NCBI GenBank assembly: GCA_051362555.1
Contig: CM120645.1
Location: 5,332,001 to 5,396,000 of the forward strand
Direction of reading: 5' to 3'
DNA from: Lingula anatina
Taxonomy: Eukaryota > Animalia > Brachiopoda
DNA: 64,000 nt
This document shows, in pieces, positions 22,620 through 35,935 of this stretch (position 1 is its first letter; each line of letters starts with the position of its first letter). Position numbers and translations under genes: made by a program. Under the pieces are notes generated by a model, which did not search any database, had not been told where the DNA came from, and worked only from the letters and a program-made list of their open reading frames with translations.

Positions 22620-25600
22620 TGGCGTAATTTCCCTCTGGGACATACTTTTCAATTATCAGTTTATAAATTGAAAAGCATGGAGCACTTTTAAGCCTTTTGA
22701 TGGTTTATTTTATCATATTATTGTGCTCTAGGCGCTGTTAATATTAACGCAACAACACAATCAAAATGCTTAGAGAGAAATCTATGGTTGCCATTAAAAC
22801 TTTTGTTGGGGGCGTGATTGAAAAGGGAGATGAAATAAAGTTGATTGAAATTTTGTCTCCACCCAAACCATATAAATGTATGTCTGATCTTTGAATATTC
22901 TAGTGTTCAGCTATTTGAAGCTAAGTTTAAGTCTTCATGTTTTAAGTAAGGTTTCATAATAATTGATTCAAAGATGCGTTTGGGATGCACAAGCAAATTT
23001 GCAATGATGAATTTGTAGACATATGGAGCGTTCAGATAATCCCATCGTGCTAGCTGGATCGATGCAACACTGTCATCGGCTTCAATGTCTGACACGCCTC
23101 CTCGAGATGTTGAGGGGTAAATCAGCCGAGCGCAAACAAAAGATATAACTACTCCCCTAGCTACAGTACTCAAGGAGAAGTGTCAGCTGATTACACTGAA
23201 TGCAATTAAGCGAGAATCCCCCGATATGTTGGTCGATCCAGCTGGTACTTGTACGATGTTTGAACCTGAACGCATTCATTGTTTCAATTAATTAATTAGG
23301 TACACATCTACATTTCACAGTCTTCATGTGTGTAAAGCTTCAATGAAACTGGTCTGTAGCCAGTAGAAAGAACTGCCCGGCTTCGACTGATTTATGTCTA
23401 TGTAAAATTTAAAGTGTTTTAGAAATAATAAAGTTTAAAAATATAACAAATCAGAAAGTTGTGGTCAAATAGAACATGCAATAACAAGTTGAAATCTGCT
23501 TGCAGATAAGGTTTTATCGAGATTGGTAATTGCCGGTGGATTTAGTTGGGGAAGACTGCGTTCACGTATGTGCAGATGGTCCTTTGACACAATGCAGTGG
23601 GAAATTACAAACAGTACAATCCAGAAATGCATATCAACTTTTACACGTTCCTTGTATACGTCCCTTAATTACTGGAATGGCATTAGCGAAAACATTTTGC
23701 CATTGTGATGATGTAATTCGATCAAGGTTGGCCAAATGTCATAAGCCAAAAATGCGTCGATCATTCTTGGAAAATACTTGGATGGTCATTCGATGAGGAT
23801 GCTATTGCGACATCATAGCTCACTTTCCCAAGATTTGCTATTGGCGAAAAACGTATTGATTTGAGTTATAACTTTGGAAGTGATTATTGCAGTTTTGATT
23901 TACGGCACGATGTGTTATTGTTTCCAGGAAATATACACTCAATACAACAATAAGCATCAATCTCTTCATTTACAAAGAATTTCTTTTTAATCGAGTTTTC
24001 GACCCCAATATCAAATGCAATATATTTGACAATAATGGGTATCTAACTTTGTAATTTAAGTCTTATCAAATTATTTGCAAGCATTACTAGAAAAATATAC
24101 TAATTGTAACCTTAGTTTTTTAAAACTATTTACATTTTACTATACTGGTAAGCCACATCCTACCAGTGCGTTCTTGTTATCATATCATTAAGGCTTATAT
24201 AAGCCACTAATAAGAACCACTACGTTTTTTTATTTCTAATCAGGGCAGTAATGAACGATATCGAATGTGACCTCCAGAAACCTCCTGGCAGTATTCTAGC
24301 TCTGTCACGCATCCTATACAAGCGGATTTCAGAGAAATACCCAAAAGGACCAATTATCCAGCACTTCGCGAGAAAATTGGTCAGACATTGCAACGGTAAA
24401 CACGTTGTAGATTGCGCAGGCCATGCACAACCTGCGGTACTTACAAGTACATGTATGGTGAAGACAAGTCACAGGACTCTGGTAGAACCGTACTAGCTAG
24501 AAACCCTAACCACAGAGCTCTGCCACCAAGAAACCAATCATGTAGTAGTTAAAAAGTATTGTCGTGACAGTATTGAATAAACACATGCATATATATGATA
24601 AAATTATGTAAATGGCGATGTCGACCCAGCCCTATGGGCTTACCAAAATTAGAAGTTAGAAATTAGGATTAATCATAATATTCCATAGGCAAGTATATGG
24701 TTTGTAGTGAGGAAAAAAGGAAAAGAAATATAGATACACTATGTTGTGGTATTTTTTATGAAATGTCTTGCATGAAATGTTTTGATATCAAAATTATCAA
24801 TTTGACAATGACAGCATTTGAATAGATGGTGGGATTGATATTGCAAGACGCACAACCACCACTGAACAGATTTTCAAGAATTTCAGTTTGGTTTGGCAAG
24901 ATTGCAGCCACTGAGCCACCGCCTTGTCAAGTGTAATCTGTACCTCACAATCAATTTTATTCCCATCTTTTGTCTGATCAGCGTATAAAACAATAAAAAG
25001 TCGATGAAGATATCAACGTTTTTCCTTAATCTTTTATAGTTTCTAAACAATGCATGCTTTCAAGTGATATGTTGCACTTCTTGCACGTCGAGTTGCATTT
25101 CCAAGTCCTGCATTTGGTGACTTGTCAACAGCAGCGACGTCACCATCCATATCATGAAAACGATTGGGTCATTTCTTTTTCCCACAGGTGAAACTGATGA
25201 AAACTTTTTCTTTCATCATGTAATTCCTGCATCATTCGCAGCCTATACAATCACTTAGTTGTCGTATTATCAGCAATGGCAATATACGAGTGGGACTCAA
25301 GGGAGGTTTAATTTACACTATCACTTCAGCTACACTTTAACTCAAGCTTGCATGTGAGTGTGATCTTTGCGAGGCTGAAGTGCGAGGATTATTTGACACT
25401 TATTGACTACGAGAAGGCACTTGTTGGTTGCCGAGTTGAACTTAGTGAGTGGAAATGAGTGCGAGCTATTAGGAAACGGGCCAACGCATCAGGCTTCAAA
25501 ATTAAGTTGATTGTACCCCCAAGGAAAACTTCTGGTCCCTTGTTCTATAAAAGGAAATTTTGAAGGGTGATGAAAATATTGTCATTTTCACGAGAGATGG

Positions 25601-25995
25601 AAGGTTTGTTTGGATTGGTGCTTCTTGGCAATAAGACATTGCATACTGGCTTCATACATGTACTATTGTGTGCCCTACCTTCTTAGACGTGGTAAAAATA
25701 ACATTAATTCATTACCTTGGTTATGAACTAGAAGTGGTCATGACAAGGAATAAAAGAATTTCTCAGTTAATAAGTCATTTAGTTCACTTCCTGAAGAATC
25801 TCTATCTATAGTACATTAGCAAAAACTTGTCATTTATTACAATCAAGATGCCTTCACTTCATTGGGATTGACATACCAAACCAATTTGATTTTTTTTATC
25901 TCTCTTTTTTTTTTAAATACACCATTTACCATATTCTGTAAAGCCCAAAAGAGTAAAGCCAATTTTACGAATGATGGATTCCAGATGGGCCAGAC

Positions 25996-26012
<17 letters not shown>

Positions 26013-26076
<64 letters not shown>
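26013..26076. repeat. (AT)n microsatellite following a poly-A run
   Basis: Direct reading. Confidence 0.95.
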
Positions 26077-26082
<6 letters not shown>

Positions 26083-27462
26083 GTGGTTCCTTCGTGGGCC
26101 AGCTGCGTTCTTGTTTTAAAGTTGGCAATCCAGTTCTAAAAACAGCGGGCATGGGTATCGTTGAAGATATTGCTAGATATGTTTGGGTAACTCGTGTGTC
26201 CCAAAACATTGCCAATCATTTTCATGTACTCGGTATAACTCGTCTATTAATCAAACATGTATATGATCTGGTTGTTCGTCGAGCGTCGTTGATAAAAAAA
26301 AAGCCATTTGCTAATTGTTACTAATATCTAAAATGTATTCTCAATACTGCCCTGCTGAAAGAGTTTTGGATCAAAGGAAAGCCGGCTAATTACACCCACA
26401 ACAATTTGAAACCAGATGGTTCCTAGTGTTTTAGATAATTACCGTCATTATCAGCGACAAAAGTTCCCTCGTCTTCCACGTGCCATGAACGGTGGTCGTA
26501 TATGTCATGGCAATTACTGGAAAACGACAAGCTGAGTTTGAGTGAAACCAATATTGATTAAAACTTTTTAATTACTCTGTGGAGCAGTGCGTTTCCAATT
26601 ATCATTCTCATTATCAATGTGAGGTTTTTTTTCACGCTAGGGGTTATAGCCTTCCGTGGTGCTGTCTCAGAAAAGCATTGTAGGTAATTAATCCTTGCAA
26701 ATCCCAAAGGCAATTCAAAACGGCTACATTTTATAAAGCCGGGGTAGTTATTTTTAAGTCTCTTCTACAAATATGAGATCCCACGTAATGCAGATAGTAC
26801 GGTATTCTGTCCGCTCGTTCGTGATGCTTTAGCGGTCTGCGTGCAATAATTGCGGTAATATTACTTAATCACAGGAAGATGGCTTGATTGCGCTTAATGG
26901 TACCTTTGGTGCACTGCGTGCTTCATTTTTAAATAACGATTGGGTTTTAAATTAATTTACAAGAAAAATATTATGTTGACGCGTCTATTGGTAGGAGACG
27001 CGCCGAATTTTTTAGATTAATTGCCATTTATCAAGATAATATAACGCACAAGATGCTACACAGGATTCTGGATTGATTTCATCAGGGAACCTGCACGTCT
27101 ATGTGAATAAATAAGTCAATGTATTTTGCCCTAAAATGAAAAAAACTGAGCACCCAGTCGCCTCAGAATAAACATTACTTTATCTCGTCACGATATTCTG
27201 AATGTATGTTCCCCAAGGGGTACAGCCTTCGATCGCCTCCGCAATAGGCCTTTTGCAGCTAGATGACTAGATGTTGACTTCTGTTGTTTACTGAAGCACT
27301 TGCTCTCCAGTTAACAAAAGAATACTGGACAGTAAGCTCTTTGCTAGATACAAAAAAGCCTATGGTTTACGCTGTATCAATACAAGGTCGTGTCCCATCA
27401 ATGGCCATTTGAGCCCGCTGTCCACGCGCTGCCAAAGGGGTGTTACACCCTAGATAGAATTG

Positions 27463-27801
27463 CGTTGAGTTCATTGATAGCCCTGACATTTTGTCTGTTT
27501 CGCACACAGTACACTTGAAAATTATGTGGACCAAGTAACTTCATACATTGTACCTTGGCTTTCTTCGTACCAAATATGCCCATATACATTTCTGGTGCTG
27601 AGCCGAGTCGGTCGATTTTACTGTGCATTGAAAGACTCAGCATAGTGGCGCATAAATACGCTCAGCACCTGTGTTACATTGCATGGGGACATTCAGGAAG
27701 AAGAAAGCCAAGATATGCAGTTACTTGATCAGTTCACATATAATTCTAAACGTTCTGTGTGTAAAAGAGACAAAATACCAGAATAATCAACGAACTCAAC
27801 G
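27463..27801. mobile_element. Old fold-back / MITE-like palindromic element
   Basis: Nested inverted anchors cgttgagttc/gaactcaacg, ttttgtct/agacaaaa, cttggctttcttc/gaagaaagccaag, ggtgctgagc/gctcagcacc. Confidence 0.7.
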
Positions 27802-30057
27802 TCCACATACCCCCTTCCTGGAAGTTCAACCCCCTTGCCATGGGGGTTCACAGTGTATCGTTGAAGCATGCAATGAAATGGGCATTATTTTGCTTCGTTT
27901 TACCAAGTTATTAATAAATTACATTTGGAGAGACTTTTTGCGGGTGTACGAAACAATGCAAATGTAATAACAGTTTGTTCAGCATCCCAGAAATCCACGA
28001 ATGGGGCATATTTAATCACTTATTTTGATAAAAGGGATGTCTCCAGCGTCCCCCTATCCCCCACGTAATAAACATGGCACACCTTTGGCGCGTTTGGTCG
28101 GCAATTTTTTATGAGAACCAACACTGTAATTGATGGGGATAAGGTATCTGATGAAATCAGAATTGCAATTTCCACTTTGAGCTAATGGAGGAGCGTGTCA
28201 AGTTGTCAATAGTGTGGCTCTTGTCACATCTCAACAACTCCTAGCATTCCTACCATATAAAAATCTTACAAAAAGCACAGCTGGTGTGACGCGTATCACT
28301 AACGTTTTTGTGCACTGCCACGTGCAAACGTAGTCCGTAAGACGGTCAGCATGACACGGTTCGTAATTAGACAAAAAATTCTAAAAGGGGTATTGCACTG
28401 TGTTCAAAACTTTGTAGAACTATCCTTTACAAAACCCCAAACGCAAACATTATAAGTATTTTGGTGTTTTTGACTTTTATGATTTTATATTGAGGATCAC
28501 AACAAACTAGTAACGCCTTACTTTAATATGCATGCACATTTTGCATCTTTTTTTACTATTTTTAAGAAAAAAGAAAAAAATTAAAATTAATTAAAAATTC
28601 AAAATAAAGTAGAAAAAATCAAATGTAAAATTGACTTGAGATATTACGTATACACCACAGATACTAAATTTCTGTCAATCAAAGGGAATGGCGTTCGTTT
28701 GAAGAAACGGTGTATCGTTCGTGTAAAAATAAAACCTGCAGCATTACAAAGTAATTTGATATCGACATTAATGTAGTCGGGTCTCTCTACATATGTTTCG
28801 TGCCAAGTAATGGATTTTATACATCGCAGCATTCCCTTTTTAGCTTTTATTTTTAGAAACTCTCATAGGATGCCATCATTTTCTCATTCCATTGTGAAGT
28901 TTTGGTGTACTTAAGCCATTCCATAAAATGGTCTCTTATGAAACAGAATGAACTGTCTCATTGCTTGAAAGAGAAGTAGATGGCCTCCTTTTCCACTCTA
29001 GTACATGACCTAGTTATCTACAAGCTTTCCATTTTTTTCTAGAGTAAGAAAAATATTTATACGTGTCACGCTGGTTTCTTTTTACTTCGGAAATGTCACA
29101 TAGTAACTGTTTGTATAACCGAATGCCATTTGTTTCAAATGACGCAAATTGAATAGAAGCATAGGATTACACACCCACTTTTTATGCATTTGAACTAATA
29201 ACTGAGTGAATGATTGAATGGGTGGCTTGACGAATGCAATGAAAGGCCAACAAAAAAATTAAAAAAAACATGCTAATATAGTGAAGAAGCCATACTAACT
29301 TGAAATCTATACCAAGGTTTGTGGTATTTGTCATTGTTCTATTGACTACTTGCACTTTGTAACATGGCTAACGCCCTAATATTTTACTCAAGGATAGTAT
29401 TGTGTCATCGTAAATTTTTTGTTGGATAGTAAAACGGTTGTATAAGATAGAGAACTATTTAAAGGCGCCACGGCCATGAAACAAAGTTTTCACGTTAGAT
29501 TTTCATAAAATTTTTAAAAAGATACGGAATTTGGAATATTGGGCTGGATTGTACAATAAATAAGGCCTTCTGTAGTAGACGACATGTCCAAAGGTACTGT
29601 AATTTAAGGCCACATATAATGGATTTTATTGAGGCTTGTCATATCATAACTTGAATATGCGTGATTACACAGTGTAAACTTCAATGAACGAAAATACATC
29701 AACAGTTGACATTTCCCATAGAGGTAATAATAAAAAGAATAGTACAGCATTGGAATGTGGCCAAAGGCATTAAGCAGAAGTACCCAAATAGACTCAAAAT
29801 CAGAGAAAGAGAAAGAAAATTTTTCTGTGGTATAGATCCACAGAATGCTTTTGCTTAATGAACTGTCTCGCACTACTGCTCTGTTGATTTATACACACCC
29901 GAGGCTTCAGTGGAAGTGATGGGGTAGTTCTTGGGTCTACTTACTGATGCATCTGGTCTCTGTCGATCCCGAAAAAGAGCCCTTCCCCTAGACGCCCCTT
30001 GATGAACATTCTCAATTCACCATACAAAGTGAGGTGTTACGCTACACAAATACATGG

Positions 30058-30209
30058 CCGGTGTGACAGGAATGGTAGTCCGCTAGGAACCGTAGTACGT
30101 TCCCCATTACTTTGTACGGATTTCATTCGTCCGATATATACCTGACCCAATTCTCCAATTAAAATTAACCTGTACTTAGTATATGGAATCCCGTGTACCG
30201 TCACTCTGG
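30058..30209 (+). mobile_element. Dispersed MITE copy A (same family as 49401-49572)
   Basis: ggtgtgacaggaatggtagtc..ccccattactttgtac..cattcgtcc matches the reverse complement of 49455-49570. Confidence 0.75.
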
Positions 30210-30914
30210 CTTTTGTTGGGATGCCATTGCAGATGCACTTTTATCAAAGCCCCACAGGAATGTTGGTAGTTTGAATGACTGTCGCTACTTTCTTGACATT
30301 TGAATGGAAAAATTAGTTTTCTATGATCCGATAGTTAAAAGTACCAGGCAAGTGCACTGGTAAAACAACTATGGGGTATTTTGTCATCAATCTATCACGC
30401 AGGAGAGAATGGATGGTAAATTTCCTAGATTTTCTCACGAAGGAGTTTTGGGTTCGGGGAATTTTTGTAATGGCAAAATCTAGAGGTTGACGTCATTTTG
30501 CACGAGTTCATTTTCGCGTTTGATTGATCTACAAAGATATTTTGTGCATCCGCACACTTCCAAAATAAAACTTTAACTATCAATGTAGACAAGGTTTATA
30601 CCAATGCTTGCTTTGTATTTGCAATGATCTGATATTCTAGGTTCAAAACGCTTCTTTGAAAATCCCCTAGTGCCTATATAACACTTTGGTTACCTGTGAA
30701 AACATAATAAAAATATTTTAAAAGATCCCAAATTGTTCTCAGAATCTTTCTAAAATTGTGCGAGACACATTAATTTGCCAAACCCTCTTTCCGTTTTTAT
30801 TGCTAAAGCTTGATTGAATTCACACAAGCAATTACTCCTAACAGGGTGATAACGAGCCGTATCCTGTAGACTACAACACCACATCAATATTCACTCATTA
30901 ATGATCACGATATA

Positions 30915-31232
30915 CAGGGTGTTCAAAAATTAAAGGAACCCATTTTGCAATTTTAAAGCACACCGGGAAACTCAGCCAATCAACAAACTTAAGCTACATC
31001 GGTATCTAAGGGAGGTCCGAAAGTTGTTGTGATAAGAATCTCTGTCCCTAGTTTTGTTCGTCTTTGCTTCAATTACCTTTAAGAGTCAATTGGAGAAGCC
31101 AAAGAAGAGCAAAACTGCTTGTTAAATTAATTTTCAGGTCCGCTCTTCATTTCGAGGAAGTTTAAGTTTGGTAAATACCTGGATTTCATACTTTTTAAAA
31201 GTTTCATAAGAGGTACATTTTGAAACACCCTG
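30915..31232. mobile_element. Tc1/mariner-type non-autonomous element (MITE), 318 bp
   Basis: TA|cagggtgttcaaaa ... tttgaaacaccctg|TA: terminal inverted repeats flanked by a TA target-site duplication. Confidence 0.75.
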
Positions 31233-31745
31233 TATTCAGTCATCTTTCTTCCACGTTTAGTACCGGATGCATTTGGAGGTTAGCAAAGCTGATGGGGGAT
31301 ATTGTTGCTCTGTCACGTTTTGGGTCCCTGGCCAATGAAAGTCTGATTTTATGTTTCTTAGGACGACAACTCTCATTTTTGGCAGCTTTTGGAATGCATT
31401 CATAGCAAAAGTACCTTGGTTCAAACTCTAGTGGGTTATATCCAACCCCTCTAACAAGTAGATGTTACCGTTTATACCGAGGTTTATATAGTCAAACATA
31501 TTCAGTATTTTCATCTCATTTATTAATTAATCCACTTATTTATTTATTTATTTATTTTTAAACTTAGTTATCAATTTATTGTGTCTCAAGACGGTCATGT
31601 TGGACTTTTCAATTAGCTATTTCCAAATCAGGGCTAGCTTGATCGCTTTGAAATGATAAATGATTTCGGTATGTAAAAGAGGCAAGTGTAAACATCTTAC
31701 AGGTTTTACAGCTCAACTTCATCAGAAGTTCATAACTATAAACAA

Positions 31746-31780
31746 TCTCTCTCTCTCTCTCTCCGACACACTCGCGCGCT

Positions 31781-31814
<34 letters not shown>
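31746..31814. repeat. Compound (CT)n-(CG)n-(CA)n microsatellite
   Basis: Direct reading. Confidence 0.9.
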
Positions 31815-31818
<4 letters not shown>

Positions 31819-34800
31819 CCAGTAGAGACGGAAGAAAGAGCCAATGGACGTTTCATCAGAACTATGAGCACGTCACATACCGTACGCTGTAAAAATCACA
31901 ATCACGAAGAGCTGGAAATCGATAAGTGAAACCATTCCCGTTTCTTCGGTAATAAAATTGTACTTGTGTACATATGTCGCAATGTATAGAACTGTTTCAA
32001 AATCGTAAAAATATTAAAAAAAAACATATATAACATATAAACAATATATATAGATATGTTTTTGTCTGCATTTTGGTATGAGGAGACAGAATCGTTCAGG
32101 TAAAACAGTTGCAAGTGAAGGGCCTGAGTTTTTTTGTGCGGCCCTTTACAAAACATAGTAACTGAATCTAAAATCAATGTTATAGAATTAACTTCAAAAT
32201 CAAACAACTTCCAGTCGTGTAGTAATAGAAATTGCAAACGGTTTGTATCGCTATTTTACTAAACCCACGGGGTAAGTCCGAATAAGCAAAACTTTATAAA
32301 GAAATTGATAAGGTGGATACTACCCTAATCCTTTCTCAGGGTGTTTGCACATCTTGACATATACGTTAAAGTCCATGGCATTTGCAATGCTTTTGTAATA
32401 CATTTCCTCAGTTGACAATATCCGATCGATACCTCACCAGATATACGAACACTGGAAACGATTTAAAATCTGACAATCAATTTATCAATTAGGCCACATT
32501 CCACATTCATTCAATATAATGTGGCAGAAATGCCAACCATTGTTTAACAAGACGACGAATTTTGAACTGTTCAGTTTTAAACTTAGCTTGAAAAAGGCTT
32601 TATGTGACCAAGGTGTGATTTTGAGCATAGACGCTCTGTCAGGTTTGTTTTGCAGTAGGTGGCTCAATCAGAACGTCCTGATAATTATTATAAGATTATT
32701 TATATACACGTTATGCTTGCTTGGAACGAATGATGACTTTTATTTTTCCTAAGTACAATTTCGCCTTTAACATTGTATTAAGAATATTTATATAAGAATA
32801 TTCCTATTCTATTTTATTTCAAGTTTCATTTAGTAATTATTGACAAGAAACTTGTCAGAAGTATTTGTGAGTTGTCTTATTAAAACAGGAGTTCAGAACA
32901 ATCGTGCCGAATATCCGAAAGGAACTGTTCACTTTATGCACATGGCTTACAGATTCAGCTGCAGATGTGTATTGAGCTGAGTATTTTCAGATAAAAGAAA
33001 ATACTCAAGTCAACCGTTTACGAGGCCAGGATTGTTGCAGGGGGGCAGCAAGGGGGCTGATCGTCGTTTAACTTTATCTCAAAAGCAAAGAAAAGCGAAT
33101 GAACAAAATAACAAGCAAATAAATTTGTGGGTTCAAACCAGGGGATAGCTAGAAAAGTCGTCGGCGAGTTTCTGATGCTAAATCACTGTTGTCATCTACG
33201 TTCAATTACAACAGGATACCTAGAAACGTCAGGCAAACTACTCATGTTTGCCCCCACAAATAATCAATAATAGAAAATAATATCGTTTCTAGTATTGTGT
33301 GCCGATGAGGAAACCGAATGCAATTTCTATACTACTTCCGCGATAGTAACGTGCGTTTCTTAAGGCACAACGGCCTTCTTTTTCCAATTAGATTCTCACT
33401 TAATGCTGCACTTTTGAGCTGGAGGCGTTTGAATGACCCCTCTCTGTTAAATGAGACTCCCGTCTACAATTACCAGCACTTTCATCTTTCCCCATTGGCC
33501 TACGTCAATATTTCAGCAATCAGCCTAGCTGCTCTCAGATTGCTTTCATTACGACGTAATGACAAAAAATCGCTTCGATGCTCAATCATAGTGTCGAATG
33601 CGAAGAAGAAGGCTTACGGAAGTTTGCAAATGGTTTTGCCACTTAGGCCTCGCGCATACTGTGAACGACAGGTCTCTAATTGCTGTTTCTTCAATCAACA
33701 GGCTTACCTACAGAGCACGGAAGTCTGATAACAAACGAAGTGCCAATTTCACAAAAAAAAGTTGTTGGACTAGGTTAGACTGCAGATACCCTATTGAGCA
33801 AAGTTGGCTTTGCAAATTTAGTCTAAAAAACGATATGTACACTTAACATACAAAATTGGTCTGTGCCACTATCATTAAAATTTCAAGATGAAAATTTGCT
33901 CAAGTGCTTTAGTTAATGGTCAGCAAAAAGAGTAGTGTGCGGGTATGAAAATACTCTTTTGTCACAAATTAATAAAAAAAAATTCATTACTCATGCGAAA
34001 TATTTCGATGGACCATCGGTCATCTTCGTCAGTCTTCGAGTGACAGAACGCCATCTATGTGTGAATGAAAATATAATTGCGTAATTGGTTCGTGACTAAA
34101 GAGTTTTTTTATTGCTATTATCTACCAATCTGATAAAACTTTTAAAAAAAATCGAGATTTGCAGCTTTTAAGAATTTTTGAGACACAACTTACTAAGTGA
34201 GTCAGATAAGTCTCAGGAAACTTTTATCTCACCTTGTGGGGTTGCAGCTCAGTGTCAACTGGGTAAACCAATTCAGCACAGTAACTGTATGGTTACATGT
34301 ACTTTTTTAATAGGTACATGTACTATTACAACTTCTAACGTTACTGTAAGGTACATCCTTTTCGAGGGAAATGAAATATATATTTTTCAATATTTTAAAA
34401 TTTTAATGCAAACCAATTGCTGCTCTGGAAATTGTTTTGAAAGCTGGTAGCAATATCCTTGTAATCAATTTCTTTCGTGGCCCTGCTGACGGTAATGGCA
34501 AATGGTGCATTTATAACTGTAAAACTGTGCACTAGGTTTTCACACTTTTGATAACCAAATGGCAATGAGCCGGAAATGTAACAATGAAACATCTCCCACA
34601 CTGAGTTCAACTTAATATTTCAAATGCAACATATTGCACATCATTTTTAAATATGCCTGGCGAAGTATCCTCAAGCCATCCTCCTTTGACAATTGACAAA
34701 GGTCTACTATACCTGCTCAGAACACAATTAAGTTCCCCGAAAAGGAAAAAAACAACACTCTTTTCACTGTGATTGGTGTAAGCAATGTGCAATCAGGTTC

Positions 34801-35935
34801 TGATACGTATAGACGCAAACGCTAGCTGCCTTAGATTGTTTAGCATGGCCACGGTCGTTGCGTTATTGCTTTTGGCTCTCAAGGAAAACGTACAACCGTC
34901 ACACCCAGTCACGTGGTTGGAGACGCAACAGCAGCAGTATACATTCTGGAGTAAAAGCAATTTCTGGCACACACGGATCAGACTGCATAGCACACCACAT
35001 TGGTTTTGCGGGGAGACTTCCCGTACGCTGATTATCAAACGTGATATAAAAGACAAACAGAAAGCTCTCTGGACATAGGTGAGTTACGGTGTCCGACACA
35101 CAAGACCTGCAGTGTTTAATTTTGTTTTTAACTGCAAATAACAGAGATACGCGGTCGAGACATTCAGGGCAATTAAGAAGATGAAAGAAAAAGTGGGGAC
35201 AGTGCATGGATACACTAGTGCGTTACTGAGATATTAGAAATAGGAGAAGGCAATAACAACTGAAATGTCAATAGCATTTGAACGTGTCTTGGCATGAAGT
35301 TCAAAATTAACGAACTGATAGCGCTAAATGAAATTTGTACAGACTTCAGCGTACGAAGATAGCAGACACTGCTTTCGTAGAGAACTCAAGGGACTGAAAG
35401 CCATATCATAATTTCTTCAGCACAGCACGAAAACCCACATATGGTGTGACAACATATTTTCGAAGACTGTTCTGACTCCTAGATTGGTTCTTAGTATGGA
35501 ACTAGATCTCAGTGTTTGACCAAAAGACTTTCCGACCATCTGATTTGTTAAAATTCCAACGACGAATAACATTCTCAAACAACACAAACAGCAGTTGCTT
35601 TTCGCTCGACATATTCGGAACTACAGCCGTTAGCGATGCAGTTGCCACATCAAGATATCTTACATATCACCAACGGAGCATGAACTGTGGTAGTCACGCG
35701 AAGGGCCTCATCAGTTTCCATTCACAGATCTAGTGTGTAAATTACATGATGTAAATATTTTTCGATGGTACTGTCATAATTGAACATTTCTATTGGCCAC
35801 ACTCTTCCGATTATTAATTTCACTTGCCACAAGTATGATTTCGAGACTGGCAAGAAAATTGGACGTGAAGAAGCGGCAACGCAACGGACTATAAGTGAGC
35901 CCCTTTTATAGGATATTTACCTTAATGTGGGTTGT

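Noticed and set aside
25862-26324. ORFs with (IY)n runs, and similar CV/HT/N/Y-run ORFs at 8290, 31609, 52096, 55542 and 63566
   Set aside because: These are translations of microsatellites.
33318-33846. 136-aa and 82-aa ORFs upstream of the GPCR
   Set aside because: No recognisable domain, no splice partners, and non-coding-like composition.
35927-35935. GPCR start at 35927 as given in the ORF track
   Set aside because: That codon is GTG; the first ATG is at 35936.
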